From the NCBI RefSeq assembly GCF_009914755.1, contig NC_060947.1: a stretch of 64,000 nucleotides of DNA; one strand, given 5' to 3'. How positions within the stretch are numbered: position 1 is the stretch's first letter; each line of letters opens with the position of its first letter. The stretch comes from the human T2T-CHM13v2.0 reference genome, Homo sapiens. Made by a program: the position numbers and the translations under genes. The notes beneath the pieces were generated by a model. It worked only from the letters and a program-made list of their open reading frames with translations. It did no database searches and had not been told where the DNA came from. Shown here piece after piece: positions 29,445 to 42,879 of this stretch.

Positions 29445-30066
29445 ATGTTATGTACCTTAATGGGAGATAAATTCAACTAAGTAAATGTCACTTGATTAAG
29501 GAGAATATTAAATGTCAGGTAGAAGAGTTTGGACTTACTAACTTAGGCAAGAAGAAACTATTGCAGATTCTGAGTACAGAAATGGCATGATATACATTGT
29601 ACTTAAGGAATAATCATTCAGGTAAACTCAGATGGATGCATCAGGCTGTGATGTCTGGATGACACTAGCTATTAGGAATATCCTCTAATTCCTCTTGCTT
29701 AGATTCCAGGCTCTCCAAAGTGATCCTGTATTTCTAATTTGGCTTCCCTTACAAATTTGCCTATAGAGAGAGAGAGAGTACTGCTCAGTGGACACAAGCA
29801 CCTGGACAGTTGACAGCAATGTGTCTTATTATAAATTAATAAATTGAATCTCTGGTTTATATATGTAAAAAGAAATATTAACCTGGCAGCAATAGTTGGA
29901 TTGCAAACTTATCTTTAAATAATCTTTAAATCACAAGGAAAGGAACAAAGATATTTTCATCATGAATATTAAAATAACCTGAACTGAAAAATCTTATAAA
30001 AGAATTTTAAAAGTTAGACTTTGAAATGTGAGCTCTGTAAGCACATGCCAGCAACAAATACAAATA

Positions 30067-30509
30067 CACATTATGCTAAGTGAAATAAGCCAGACACAGA
30101 AAGAAAAATACTGCATGATCTCACTTATATGTGGAATCTAAAAAAGTCAAATACACAGAAACAGAGTAGAATGGTGGTTTTCAGAGCAGGGAGGGGAAAG
30201 AAACAGGAAGACATAGGCCAAAGGATACAAAGTTGCACTTAAAGAAACAGGGAGACATAGGCCAAAGGATACAAAGTTGCATTTATATAGGATGAATTAG
30301 AGATCTAATATACAGCAGAAGGACTATGGCTAATAATATTGTATTATAGACTGAAAATTTCCCAAGAACACTGTAGGTTTTAGGTCCTCTTACCACATAC
30401 ACAAAAAAGATGGGTATGTTAATTGACTGTAGTAATCATTTCACTATGGAGATGTATTTCAAATCGTGATGTTGTACACCTTAAATATACACAATTAAAA
30501 AAAAAAAAA
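30067..30509 (+). mobile_element. L1MA-type 3' end with poly(A)
   Basis: ACATTATGCTAAGTGAAATAAGCCAGACACAGAAAG...GTTGTACACCTTAAATATACACAATT(A)n. Confidence 0.9.
30197..30284 (+). repeat. 44-bp tandem duplication
   Basis: 30197-30240 and 30241-30284 differ at 2 positions. Confidence 0.95.
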
Positions 30510-30790
30510 GCCCAGGTGCGGTGGCTCATGCCTGTAACCTCAGCACTTTGAGAGGCTGAGGTGGGAGGATCACTTCAGGCCAGCAGATAGAGACTAGCGT
30601 GAGAAACATAGCAAGACCCCATCTCTACAAAAAAATAGAATAAAAAATTAGCCAGGCATGGTGGTTTGTACCCATAGTCTCAGCCACTTGAGAGGCTGTG
30701 GCTCAGTGAGCTGGGATCCTGCCACTACACTCCATCCAGCCTGGGCAAAAGAATGAGATCTTGTCTCTAAAGCCCCCAAAACAAAAAATA
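30510..30790 (+). mobile_element. AluJ, with a deletion in the right arm
   Basis: GGGAGGATCACTT...AACATAGCAAGACCCCATCTCTAC AluJ diagnostics; inserted at the L1 poly(A). Confidence 0.9.
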
Positions 30791-31197
30791 GCCCCCAAAA
30801 TACTACACTCATAGTGTCACATATTGGTCCACAACTTGCCACCTCAATACCTTTTGCTCACGTTCTACTGAAATGCTTCTTCTATTCCTCTCCCCTTCTC
30901 TCTCCCTCCCTGTCAATTTCTATTTTCTCATTACCCTTCTTGCAAAACCAGCTTGTATACCACCTGCAACAATAAGCCTTTCCCAAATCCCCCGAGTCAG
31001 AATTACTTTCTTTGGTCTCATAATTAGAACGCTTACCACTTTTGCCCCGTGTTACAGTTTGTGGTTGTACACATATCTGTCTCAGGAAAATGTTAGCTCC
31101 TCGAGAGTAGGAATCATCACTTGCCCAGAGTGGATGTTTGGTAAATGTGTACTGAATAGAATTATCTCAATATAGCAACATAACTTCATCATCCATA

Positions 31198-31396
31198 CTA
31201 GTGCAGTCCAATAGATCTTTCTGTGATGATGGAAATATTCTATATCTGCACTTTCCAATATACAGTAGTCATTAGCTACACGTAGCTACTTGACATTTGA
31301 AATTGGGCTAGTGTGACAGAGGGGCTGAATTTTTGGAAATTATTTAACTTTAAAATAATCACATGTGGCTAATGGCTACAGTTTGGGATAGTACTG
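31198..31396. mobile_element. MER3 hAT-Charlie element
   Basis: GTCCAATAGATCTTTCTGTGATGATGGAAATATTCTATATCTG...CACATGTGGCTAATGGCTAC. Confidence 0.8.
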
Positions 31397-34300
31397 ACTA
31401 TGACTATGTGGCAAATTTAGCAGGTGTGCAGCTCAGTCAATTCTGTAAAGTATCAATTAATTCTTTACTGTCAAGTAGAGTCTAAATAATCAGTTGATTG
31501 GCAGGTTTTTCTTGCTTTACCTCACTGGTTTTATGCTGTGCAGACAGATCTTTCATTAACACCGTATGAGCAGTCTGTTTATACTAAGTAAAATTTGTAG
31601 AACAACAACAAAAGCGGCAGCCCTTGACCCTGGTTCCAAACAGATTGATATTTTAAGGAGGAAACAGTAATCTAAGGGCATTAGAACATTTAAGCCTTTT
31701 TTAAAAATATTAACCCCACGTGCTAGGAAGTAAATTAAAATTTAAAATGCAGCACTGGTTATAATTCTCTGATTTGGGCAAAACAGGTTTAGAATTCACT
31801 CAGTATGGCAGTGGTCATTTCTCCAGTGCTTGTTACAGAGACAGCTAGAGTATTTTGCCCGTTGTCCATCTCTCAGAAGTGTACTCCTTAGCCCTAGGGA
31901 GCCCAGGTGAAAAAGCAGGGGTTGCTCAGCACATACCAATCCTCACAATCAGAGAAACAATTCAAAAGCCACAACAGAGGGAGTGGAGCCCAGTGGCTCC
32001 TTTGAATGTAGAGACAGCTCACTTGCCAGCAAGCACTTGTGTGGTGACTTGCTGAGAATCCCTGTTGCCAGGAACATCCCATACTCAGATAAAGTCCCTA
32101 ATTCTGCTGCCTTAGCGCTCTAACCCTTAATTTTACAACTTATTTATAACAGAAGAGATTTCCTTTGGGCAAGAGGAGTCCTCTTCGGGCCAAGTTGATT
32201 ATCATTATTTTGTTAAAAGATATAGCAACTTTGCAGGCACCAACCTCAAAGGTATTTCACTATGTGATTATCCTTGATAAGTTCCTTTTTCTGACTGGTA
32301 TAATAGCATTTTTGGCCTACTGAGTTTTTCATAGATGCTGTTAGTACATAGAATACCTCCTCTCTGCCTAATTTCTCTACCTTATTTTTATACCTATTTT
32401 TATACATAAACTACTAGCGAGGGGTGGGGAACAGGCCTCAGAAAAGGACATTGAATTGGTGCAAAGGGGTCAATGGAAGAGTGAGGTGGGTGAGGAAGTT
32501 GGTAGGTCTGACCTCCATAAACTGTCCAGCCTTGTGGACTAGTTTTGTGGGAGGCTATTAGACAGGCCAGAGTTTATAATTTTGATTCTGTTCCAGCTAG
32601 CAATATGAACTCAGGCAAGTAATGTGTCTAGTATTATAAAATAATAGTCCTTACCCAGCAGAGTATTGGTAAGAAAAACATGTCTACAAAGTACATAGCA
32701 TTATTTGAACTATCTTCATCACTAAACTAAAAACTCCACAAAACCAAGGACTGTTTTTTTCACCGTTGTAACCCTAGCAACTAGCACAGTGCTGGGCACG
32801 TAGTATATTGAGTGAATAACTGGATGGTTAGAGGAGAGAGGGCTAGAAACAGACCTGTTTAAAAGAGACAATGTAACATTCTGACACAAAAGGAGTAATT
32901 TATGGTGAAAACTGGCAGAGAAGAGAAGGAGAAAGTGCTCACAGCCTCTGCAGTTGGCTTTGGCTTATGGCAAGTGTTGGGAGGCTCTGGAATCAGCTGC
33001 TGTGGTATGTACATAGGCTTGCCTGTGATGCATAGTTGCTGCAGTTGAGCTATATCAAGGGATTAATGGGAACAGTGTTTTCATAGTGGATGTGAGAGAA
33101 CAGGAGGGATTAGAGCTGATAGGTTCATTTATAGGCAAACATGGAACCTCCTAAAATAACTGGGGAAGTTTTTGAGAAGAGCTATATTTCAGCAACCTGG
33201 TTGGAGCTCTATAACTCAGTTCTTAAAAGTAAACTTGACCTTATTTTAGACCCTTTTCTATTTCTAGAAAGAAGATCTAGAACAGGTACTGACACTATTC
33301 TCAAGGTGGTCTATCATAGCAAAGTCACAACATTTACTGAATTGTTTTCAAATTAAACATAAAGGCACTGGGACTTCCTCAAAGTAAATATTGTTATTTC
33401 CAACCACCTGTATTTTGAAACTCCCCATAATGAGTGCTTTAATGATTTCTACTTTTTGCTCCTTCTTTATTTTTCCTTTTTCTCCTAAATTTTTATATTT
33501 TTCTTCATTTCCCCTTGTCTTTCTATGCCACAAGACTTCCAATGTAGTATCTAGTAAAGCCCTCAGGAATTTGTAGTTTCTCTACCCATCCTGTACATTT
33601 GGAACTAAAGATATTGCCAATCTCTATTTTAGATACTACTGTATGGTAAGTAAGTTCAGAAAAAAATTTATACTTAATTTCATTATGGGGAGCGCAATTA
33701 GCAGCTACTTAAATGTGTTAAATGAAGCTATGTGGCCTGAGAGAAATAACAAATATTCGTCTAGATTTTCATTGATGCAAAGCTTGCTTTCATAGCTTAT
33801 ACATTAGTCTTCATGAATTTTAAAGAGGTAAGAACAAACAAAGAGGAACAAAATAGAGAAGGTTAAAATCGGAGTGAAATGATATAGGGAAGGCTGGGAC
33901 TAAAAGAGAAGAAAACCAACATGTCACAGTTTGAAACTGAAGAGCATATTCACTCCAGGGCTTTAAATATCATGTTTATGCTGTTGATTTTCCAATACAT
34001 GTCTTTCCCCCCAAGCCTCAAAATCACATATATAGCTCGAGCTGAATGCCTCCCTGTCACCTCAAATTCAGCGTGTTCAGAATGAATGTAACATCACCTC
34101 CTCCCTCCCCACTCTCTCTCTCTCCTGTGAGGAGCCCCATCAACATCACGAAGGCCAAGGCAGAAATCTCTTCTCCTCCCTTAGGCCTGATTTTTCATAA
34201 AGCAAATCTGATCTTGTCACTCTGTTTTAGAAAACCTTCAGTGGTTTGCCATTGCCTTGGGATAGAATCCAGGGCTTTCTGTGATTTGTCCCCTGCCTAT

Positions 34301-34595
34301 CTCTCTAGCCACTGGCAAATAGAAAAACAAATCTGAACATAGTAAAGAGAGATTTTATTCAGAAGGATTATTGCAAAGGGAGAGAGGTAGTATTGGAAGA
34401 GGGTGAATCTGTGACAAAAAATCTACAAATTTCAAGAATTAGGTAAAAAACAGTTTTCTTTAATACAAAGTAAAAAGGACTATACAGAAGCAGGTATGAG
34501 GAAGTGGAATGAAAGTGCAGGGTGGCATGATGGGATAGTAAATAAGAGAATGTTATTCTGAGGCCAGCCTATTCTCAGGAATGGCTATCTGCTGG

Positions 34596-35019
34596 TGTTG
34601 TAGAAAAAAAAAAGGGTTCTTGTCACACTACCAGGAAGAGTTAGGCATGTGACACTTTGAAGGGTGAAGGAGAATGGATTTATTGGGCAAAAAGGGAAAA
34701 AAAAAAAAAAAGGTAAACAGGAACCCTCAGCAAAGCAAGCGAGAGTCCTGTTAGGTTTCCTGCCTCATAGATTGTATCCCAGGTTACCACACCGGAACAG
34801 GAGAGGCCAGGCTCCTCCCCCCTGCAAAGGGAGCAAACTTCCCAAGGCCCCATCCCATCCACCCAGTGCACAGGTGGGCATTATTCAGAAATAGTCAGAA
34901 AAAGAGCAGGCTTCATCTGGGACCGGCAGTATGGTTTTTCAGCCTTCAGGCTGTTTTAGGCTTGAAGGCAGGGTTTTGGGTGGGGGGTGGGGGCTTGGGG
35001 CTGCCTCCTGTCTCTATCA
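34596..35019 (-). repeat. 3' LTR of the provirus
   Basis: TGTTGTAG...TCTCTATCA, 424 bp; minus-strand AATAAA. Confidence 0.9.
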
Positions 35020-35050
35020 TTTGCCCCTCTAAAGAAGTACATCTAACTGC

Positions 35051-35475
<425 letters not shown>

Positions 35476-38400
35476 TCAGAGGCCTATCTAAGGGTTCCCG
35501 GCAAAAGGGGCCATAATCCAAGACTCCAGCTGCATGACTGGAGTTTGATGGCCTGAAGAAGAGACAAACCAGGTTATTGGAAAACATGTATCAAAGTGAA
35601 ACAAGCAGGGGTAAGGACAGCTAAAAAATCCTGAGCCCTTTTACTGGTTTGCACAGGGAGAGGGAGGCCAAAAGCCCAACCTTTTACCCTTTGGCTGGCA
35701 TGTCAGGCTTCTTGGTTCCTTTCCCCTGAGCCCAATCCTAAGCCAACAAGTTTAAGATTTGAAAAATTAACTTTTCCCAGTTTGGAGGATGCATCTGAGG
35801 GGAGTGTCCTGTAGTACGGAAACACAATTACCTATCAGTGAAGAGAGGACAGAGGAGGAAAAAGGAAAAAAGGAGGTTTATTTTCCAAAGGAGTCTTGGG
35901 GGTTCAGGATGCACTCCAAAGGGGTACAGACTGAAGATTAATGGCTACTCATCTAGAAAGAGGGAAGCAAGGCATCCCAGGTTCCCTTCCCTTCCTAGCA
36001 AATACCTGTGGTACATGAGAGAGAGAAAGCAAAGCATTGCTCTTTCTTTCTTCTGTCTTTGTATCCCTGAGTCCTGGCAACCACGACAGGGTGCCACCCA
36101 TGGGTGTTAAAATGGCTTTCACTCATGTTAACAGGGGCGTCTAGGGGGTAGAAGTATCCACTCTTTCCCATGTACACCCTATCTCCCCTGTTGTCAGTAG
36201 TCTTTGAATTCCCTAGACCTCATTTATGCCATGGACATTAGCGTAACCTTTATCCATGAAACGGGAAGTTTGGTTTCATCAGCAGAAATCAGTCATGCTC
36301 ACCTGTGCTGTGCCTTTTAACTTGTGTTATCATCTGCCTTTGAATCTCTCAGATCCAGTTTTCTTTCCTAGGGCTTTGACCCAAAGCTTAGAATTGAGTT
36401 TGGGACAAAAATGTGTCTTGCAGTGGGAGGTGCATGGATTCCTTATCATAAGCCAGATACTAAGGTGAAGCTGTGGAATTGAGTCCTCCTCTAACAAGGG
36501 AGAGAAAAGGATGTCTTATGACATGCCCAGATAGCTGGTAGCTATGGTTATGCTTGCTAGGGTTTGGGTGCATGATGCTTGGCTTTAGTTAGCTCCCTTG
36601 GTCTTACTTTCCCAAAAAGGAACTCTCTGGGTGATGGGCATCCTATTGATTCCCATTACCTGGCAAGATTTGCAGGATAATTGCTCAGAACTAGGATGTT
36701 GATCCAGATTTTTACATTACCCATCCCTTTTGTTCTTTCTGAGCTGCAGCCGGAGATTGCTGGTTGGTTCACAGGAGCAAGCAGGGTAAGTCTAAAATGT
36801 AGGCAAAAGCTTAAAAACAATTAAGGAGCTTAGAATTTAATGAGAAATGTATAAGTTTTGAAGCATAATTTCTCTCCAGTCCTCATTTTTGGTTAAAATA
36901 AACAGTCATGATGGGACTGAGTTGTTTGCAAAATAGACCTTATAGTTGGCCTGATTATTTGCATAAAGTGCAGCAAGAATAACTATTTCTACATAGGCCT
37001 TTTAGATTGGCTTTGATAGAACTCTGTTCCACAAGGAATCTCAGATAAGATCGTTTAAAGCTGAGCCCAGCCATTGGTTTGTATCCTCAAATACCTGTAA
37101 GTTGGGTGATCCTTTCCTCTTAAGGTCCCAAGAGAAACTTGGAGCTCCTGGGTCTGTTAGAAAGTGACATTCTTTACTGACCACAGGTCCAAAACCCTGT
37201 ATAGGGACAGCATTGGGAAGGGTATGAGGACAGTCTCCCCACGGGGTTTTATCAGTTCTGCAAGTTGAGCTTGACTCCTTAAAGAAAAGCATACCCTTCC
37301 ATTCAAAGCCTTGATAAAACAACCAGTTTCTCCAATTGCATTCTGTTGCAAAAGAAAATGGATTCTTATTGCACAGATGCAAATAACTATATTGCCATAA
37401 GTTAAGAATACTCACAGTTTCCAAATTCTAGAGGAAACAGGCAGAGAGAAACAAACATGCTGCAAATTTTGTTCACAGAAGTATACCTTACTCAATTATT
37501 AAAGGCTGTAAATAGTTAAAAATAAGTTTCATTGATTCTAAAAAACCAAACAAGTATCAGCAACATTCCAAGCAAAAGTCAAAAACATTGCTTCAGTTTT
37601 CTGAGTTCAGTCCATTTAGTTAACTCTGGTTTTGATATTCATGAATATTTTAGGTCTTTAGGAGTCCTGTATGTTTTTCCCTTACTCCAATGTCACAATC
37701 TCCAAAGTTATCAGAAACTTGTATTTGAGAGTACCTGTCAGAGTCCCATAGCTTATTATAAACCATCTTTTGAGAAGGGTTAAAACAAGACAATTGTCTG
37801 TGAATAACAAAATATCCAGGGTAGTTACAGTTAGAAACCCAATTAACAAAGAAGTTTGGTTATCTCCATGGTTTACAATAACTTAACATACCAACCTTAG
37901 TTATGATTGATAGCATATACTCAGACATTAGAATTTTAGAAATGCCATACAGTTTTGGAACATATATTAATATTATTCACAAAAATATAGCCTTAAGACG
38001 ATTGAACACTATGTTAGCAATCCCATGTACCTAAATGTATCAAATAATCCTGTTTACCTCTCTTTTGGATACTCCATGGACCCTCTGAAGCCTCCAAAAG
38101 CCAGGTGTCAGGAAAGAAAATTTTGAAGCTTAAGTTTGATTTTGAAAAGTCTGTTAAATTTGTTAGAGGTTTAAAACACTTGATGTTATAAAATAGAGTT
38201 CCAGATTACCATAAATTATTTATTTTGCCAAAATGACTCAGAAATTTTAAAAAAGCAAAAACCTTTTATAATCCTTTACAAATTTTTGCTGAAGAGCAGA
38301 TTCATGCCTTAAGAGTACCTTGTTGTGCTTTTATTTCAATGTTTAATTTACAGAAAAAACATATAACTTTTCGAATGTAGTCAATATGTTCACACAAGGA

Positions 38401-39608
38401 ACTTTTGCAAGATTTTTACAATCCTTCCACCACTTGTTTGAACTGTTAGCTTTATTTTATCTAATTCAAAACAATCTTTAACCCTAGGCAAGAATTTACA
38501 TTTCATGCCTTCTTATAATCTTTTATTAAAAACACATTTTATTGTTGCTACACATCTCACATGTAAATTTATTCCCAGTAGTTTCAATTACATGCTATAA
38601 TGGTAACTACTAGCAATTTTTAACTTTAGTGTAAAACCTGGTAAGTTTTTTTTTTATTATGTGCTAGGTGCAACCAAGGTTTGATGCCTTCCAGCATAAT
38701 TAAGGGCACGGTTAGTTCTAAATGTCCCCAGGCCTTTCCAGTTGTGAAGCAGGCAAGTCAAATAGTTCTCAAAACCCAAAAAGTGGTTTACAACCTTAAA
38801 ACATTTAGCAAACCTAGCACCTGACCTGCCCAATTTAGTCCACCTATTTATATTTTGACAACATCTGCTTTTCACCAATAATATTTACGGCTATTTCTCA
38901 AAGATTAACGTCATGTGAACTGAAAGGTACCACAGCTTTTATCTTCCCTTTAAAAAATATTTGATCCATACACTTATCTTCTTTTATGCCAATTAATGAG
39001 CTCTTTTTATAGACATCACACTCAGAACACATATATAACGACACAGACAGGCAGAAGAAAACCCAGTCTCCGTAAGATCTCTCATTTGCCAATCTCCTAA
39101 TTGGATTATTGGCCTCCAGGTGGAGCCCTTTAAGAGACAGAGCTAGGAAAATACACAGCTCCTAAGGCCTAATAAACGGGCACAGGTGGGGCAAAAACAG
39201 ATTTTGAGAGGGATCAATCCACTTTCAATTCCTGCAGTTCCATGAGGAAAACAGAGGTCTCTCCCCTCATGTGTGCATTAAAAGTGGAAAGTCAAAATGG
39301 AGAAAAATAATTTAGTCAACTGAAAAACAAACTTTTTCCAGCAAAACAATGTCCAAGAAAAGAAAAACGTAAAGTCCTTTTAAATATACCTATAATTTGG
39401 ATATCCATTTTTAATTAAGCTGAGCATGCCTTAAAAAAATCCTTTTAACTCCCTTACTATCTGACTCTAGCAGTGCCAAGTGGCCAATATTTATGGCTTT
39501 CAAACTTTATTAAAGGCTCACAGAAGGGAAAATCCAAAGTGGTTCGTGGAGGGGAAGAGAATTAACAGATAGCAAAGGTCGCACAGATATCAAACCAGAA
39601 AGCACTCA

Positions 39609-39655
39609 TTCCCTAAGCTGGGATTGAACCCAGGGCCGCCATTGTAAAATGGCAG
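39609..39655 (-). other. tRNA-Glu-like 3' half embedded in the proviral leader
   Basis: Minus strand GCGGCCCTGGGTTCAATCCCAGCTTAGGGAA versus tRNA-Glu(CTC) GCGGCCCGGGTTCGATTCCCGGTCAGGGAA. Confidence 0.65.
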
Positions 39656-40252
39656 AGGCTAGAACAAAATATTGCCAGGTGGTTGTAGGTCTTGGTTTCA
39701 AGGACTTAAAACAAGATGGAGGCCTGCGGCAAAGTTTGCTAGGGACCATATAGAAAGTCAGGCAAAACACACCAGATTGGCTATAGTTTAAGGCCAACCT
39801 CACAAATCCTTTCTTACAATTAAAACTCTACAGAAAATATAAACAGTAATCCCCATCATTCCCGGCCCAGCAAAACGTCTTCCAAAAGGAAAAAGAAAAG
39901 CCTCTCTTAAAAGTCAACTACTGACAAGCTAGAGAAAAGAAAAGATACCTGGGGAAGACCCTCTTATTCTTATGCAAATAGTTCCTCTTGGCGAGGGGAG
40001 GGGAAGGCTCTGTGGACGTGTGGCAGGGAGCACAGGCCAGCCTGCTGCTGGGCACCCTGGGGCCATACATTCCAGCTCTGGCCGGGAGGGGAGCTGGGGA
40101 GCCGCCATTCCCCAATCCATCCCGCGCGTGCCTGCAGCCGTTGGGGTGGGGTGGTGTGCAGTTTCCTCTACCCTCGGAAGAGGTCCCAGGAGAAAATGAC
40201 ATAGAAACCAAAGGAAAAAAAATTGGTTCGCATATTACTCACCCTTCTTCAA

Positions 40253-40271
40253 GCCCCACATCCGGACGCCA
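40253..40271 (-). promoter_or_regulatory. Primer binding site (tRNA-Lys(CTT)-like), followed by a splice donor GGGTGAGT (40237-40244)
   Basis: TGGCGTCCGGATGTGGGGC(TTGAA), 4 nt after the 5' LTR, versus Lys1,2 PBS TGGCGCCCAACGTGGGGC(TCGAA). Confidence 0.7.
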
Positions 40272-40275
40272 AAAA

Positions 40276-40693
40276 TGTTGTAGAAAAAAACTGGGTTCTT
40301 GTCGTACAACCAGTAAAAGTTAGGCACACAGACACTTTGACGAGTGAGGGGGAATGGAATTTATTGGGTGAAAAGGAAAAAAATAAAAAAGGGAAACAGG
40401 AACCCACAGAAAAGCGAGAGTCCTGCTGGCAGGTTTCCCGCCTCACAGATTGAATCCCGGGTTACCACACAGGAACTAGAGAGGCCAGGCTCCTCCCCAC
40501 TGCAAAGGGCGCAAACTTCAAGAGGCTCCAGCCTGTCCCCGCCAGTGCGCAGGTGGGCATTATTCAGAAAGAATCAGTCGGGAAAAGGTGGGCTTTATCT
40601 GGGACCGGCAGTCTGGTTTTTCAGCCTTCAAGCTGTTTTAGGCTTGACGGTGGGGTTTCTCCTGTGACCCTTGGCTGCCTTCTGTCTCTATCA
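40276..40693 (-). repeat. 5' LTR of the provirus
   Basis: Direct repeat of 34596-35019; adjacent to the PBS. Confidence 0.9.
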
Positions 40694-41409
40694 CTCACAC
40701 AGGCTGAGGTCAGGCCAAAGTTCAGGGACCTGGGGAAGGGATAGAATCTTAACCAAACTGGGTTAACAGGCATTTTGCTCCCATTGATCAGTAGGAACAA
40801 AATAGCTAACCAATTATGGGGCAAAAAACAGGAATTTTTTGAAGTGTCTGTGTCTGGCCTTGTCATAGATAAACAAGGGGGCATTAGTGAGTCTTAACTA
40901 AGTTATAAGGAGAAGAATGGTTCTTTGTAGTAAGCACTTTCTTGGAACACAGAGGGTGGAGGAATACTTTAACCCTTGTTTTCCAGGAGAACAAGAAAAA
41001 TTTACCATTGTCACTACATTACTTGGTTCTCTCAGTTTTTTGTTGCAAGAAGACTGAACTTGAAATTCCTCACACAGGTGTTAATCTGTATTGCCACAAG
41101 CTAATGTTTTCTACCCAACTACTATTTATCCTGCTTGTTCCAACCCATCATTCCGCAAGCAATTTATATCACTGAACTGGGTGGTGTTTCCAAATCCCGA
41201 ACAAAGATAGGTGATTTGCCGTGTATTTCCATTGACAATGTTGCTTTTTACCTGAGCCCTGTGCTCCTGGAAAATAGTAAAAATTAGGAAATCCTCCCTC
41301 ACATTTATGTTCCTGGAATTTGCTTATTGCAAGGAACCACCCTTCCCATCAGAAATTAGAAATGACTCATAGATGCTCCCATTGTTTTCTTATGGCAAGA
41401 CAAAAGCCA

Positions 41410-41998
41410 TCTGTTAATCAGGGTTCTCCAGAGAAACAGAACCTATGGTAGGTAGGTAGATAGATAGATAGAGAGATAGATGGATAGATAGAAACACGAG
41501 GACATTTATTATGTGAGTTGTCTGACATGATTATGGAGACTGAGAAGTCCTAAAATATGCCATCCACAGGCTAGAGAACCAGGGAAGCCTGTGGCATAAT
41601 ACAGTCTGATTCCAAAAGGCCTGGGAAACTAAGAGGGCTGCTAGTGTAAGTCCCAGAGTCCAAAGACCTGAGAACCTGGAATCCTAATGTCAGAAGGCAG
41701 GAAAAGATGAATGTTGCACCTTCAAGAGAGAGAGAGAATTTGCCTTCCCTCTGCCTGTTGTTCTATCTGGGCTCTCAATGGATTGGCTGATGCCTGCCCA
41801 CATTGTTGAGGGTAGATCTTCCTTACTCAGCCTGTTTTTAAAAAATATTTTTTACTTGTGCCTCAGTACATAGATTATTGATTCAAATGCCAGTCTCTTC
41901 CTAATACACTCTCATGAACATATCCAGAAATAATGCTTTACCAGCTACCTGGACATCCCTTAACCCAGTCAAGTTGACATCTAAAATTAACTATCATA
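41410..41998 (-). mobile_element. MLT2B-type ERVL LTR with a (GATA)n tract
   Basis: CAGGGTTCTCCAGAGAAACAGAACC...CCAGTCAAGTTGACATCTAAAATTAAC; (GGTA/GATA)n at 41447-41492. Confidence 0.88.
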
Positions 41999-42162
41999 GC
42001 CTCCAGATTCCCATTCTTTGTTCCATGAATAGTGGAACTGTTTGTCCGCATTGGTCAATAGGAACAAAATGCCCATCAATCTGACTTGAGAAAACTTTAG
42101 TTGAGCTTCTCTCCTTTCCCCAGGGCCCTCAACTTTGAGCTCATCTTATACTGGAGTAGTAC

Positions 42163-42813
42163 TGGTTACAGTAGGTAGCTAGTCAGGCATATGCAGGGCA
42201 GGAGAGGGCTCCCCCACACACGCCACCAGGAAAGTCAGGTGACTGTCAGAGGATGGTCAGGCAGTTGTTAACTGTTTCTCTAAAATAATAATTTGTCACA
42301 GCCAGGACCAGGGACAGGCAGTCTCCCTATATTGATAGGAAACACTTAAAACTGGGGATCAGCAGCTTCCTGATAAGATCTCAGGAGTTGGGTGAATGAA
42401 CTCAAGCATGCACATTATGAGGCAAAATGGCAGAGTATGGCTTTCCAAGGACATTCCACAGGTAAAGGGAAGAACGCCTCAAGTCAGCATGCCTACAACT
42501 CCAGTAAACACATTGCACATGCAGGCAGCCCACCCCAGGGGAAGAATAAAGGGAAAAGGGATGCAAGACACTGGAAGCAGGCCAGCATATAAAACCCTAA
42601 GTCAAAAGGTCAAACCACGCACTTGTCCTTCAAGTTGCCTGCTTGGGCCTCTTCCTTTTGTTGTTGCTCTAAAGCTTTTTAATAAACTTTCACTCCTGCT
42701 CTAAAACTTCTTGCCTCAGTCTTTCCTTCAGCCTTATGCCCCTCAGTCAAATTCTTCTAAGAAGGCAAGATTTGAGGTTGCTGCAGACCCAGATGGACCT
42801 GCCACCAGTAACA
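42163..42813 (+). mobile_element. Solo ERV1 LTR (LTR9-like)
   Basis: TGGTTACAGTAGGTAGCTAGTCAGGC...CAGTAACA; TATAAAA and AATAAA present; exact TSD GTAC (42159-42162, 42814-42817). Confidence 0.88.
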
Positions 42814-42879
42814 GTACTATTAAGTAAATTCTATCTTTACCACCTTTAATTAGTATCCAGCTTCATTTTTCTTTAACTA

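Noticed and set aside
29345-30284. CRISPR-like or repeat-spacer array
   Set aside because: The repeats are directly tandem with no unique spacers, and the context is primate DNA
39609-39700. A real tRNA gene
   Set aside because: No A-box, D-arm or acceptor 5' strand, and no 7-nt anticodon loop
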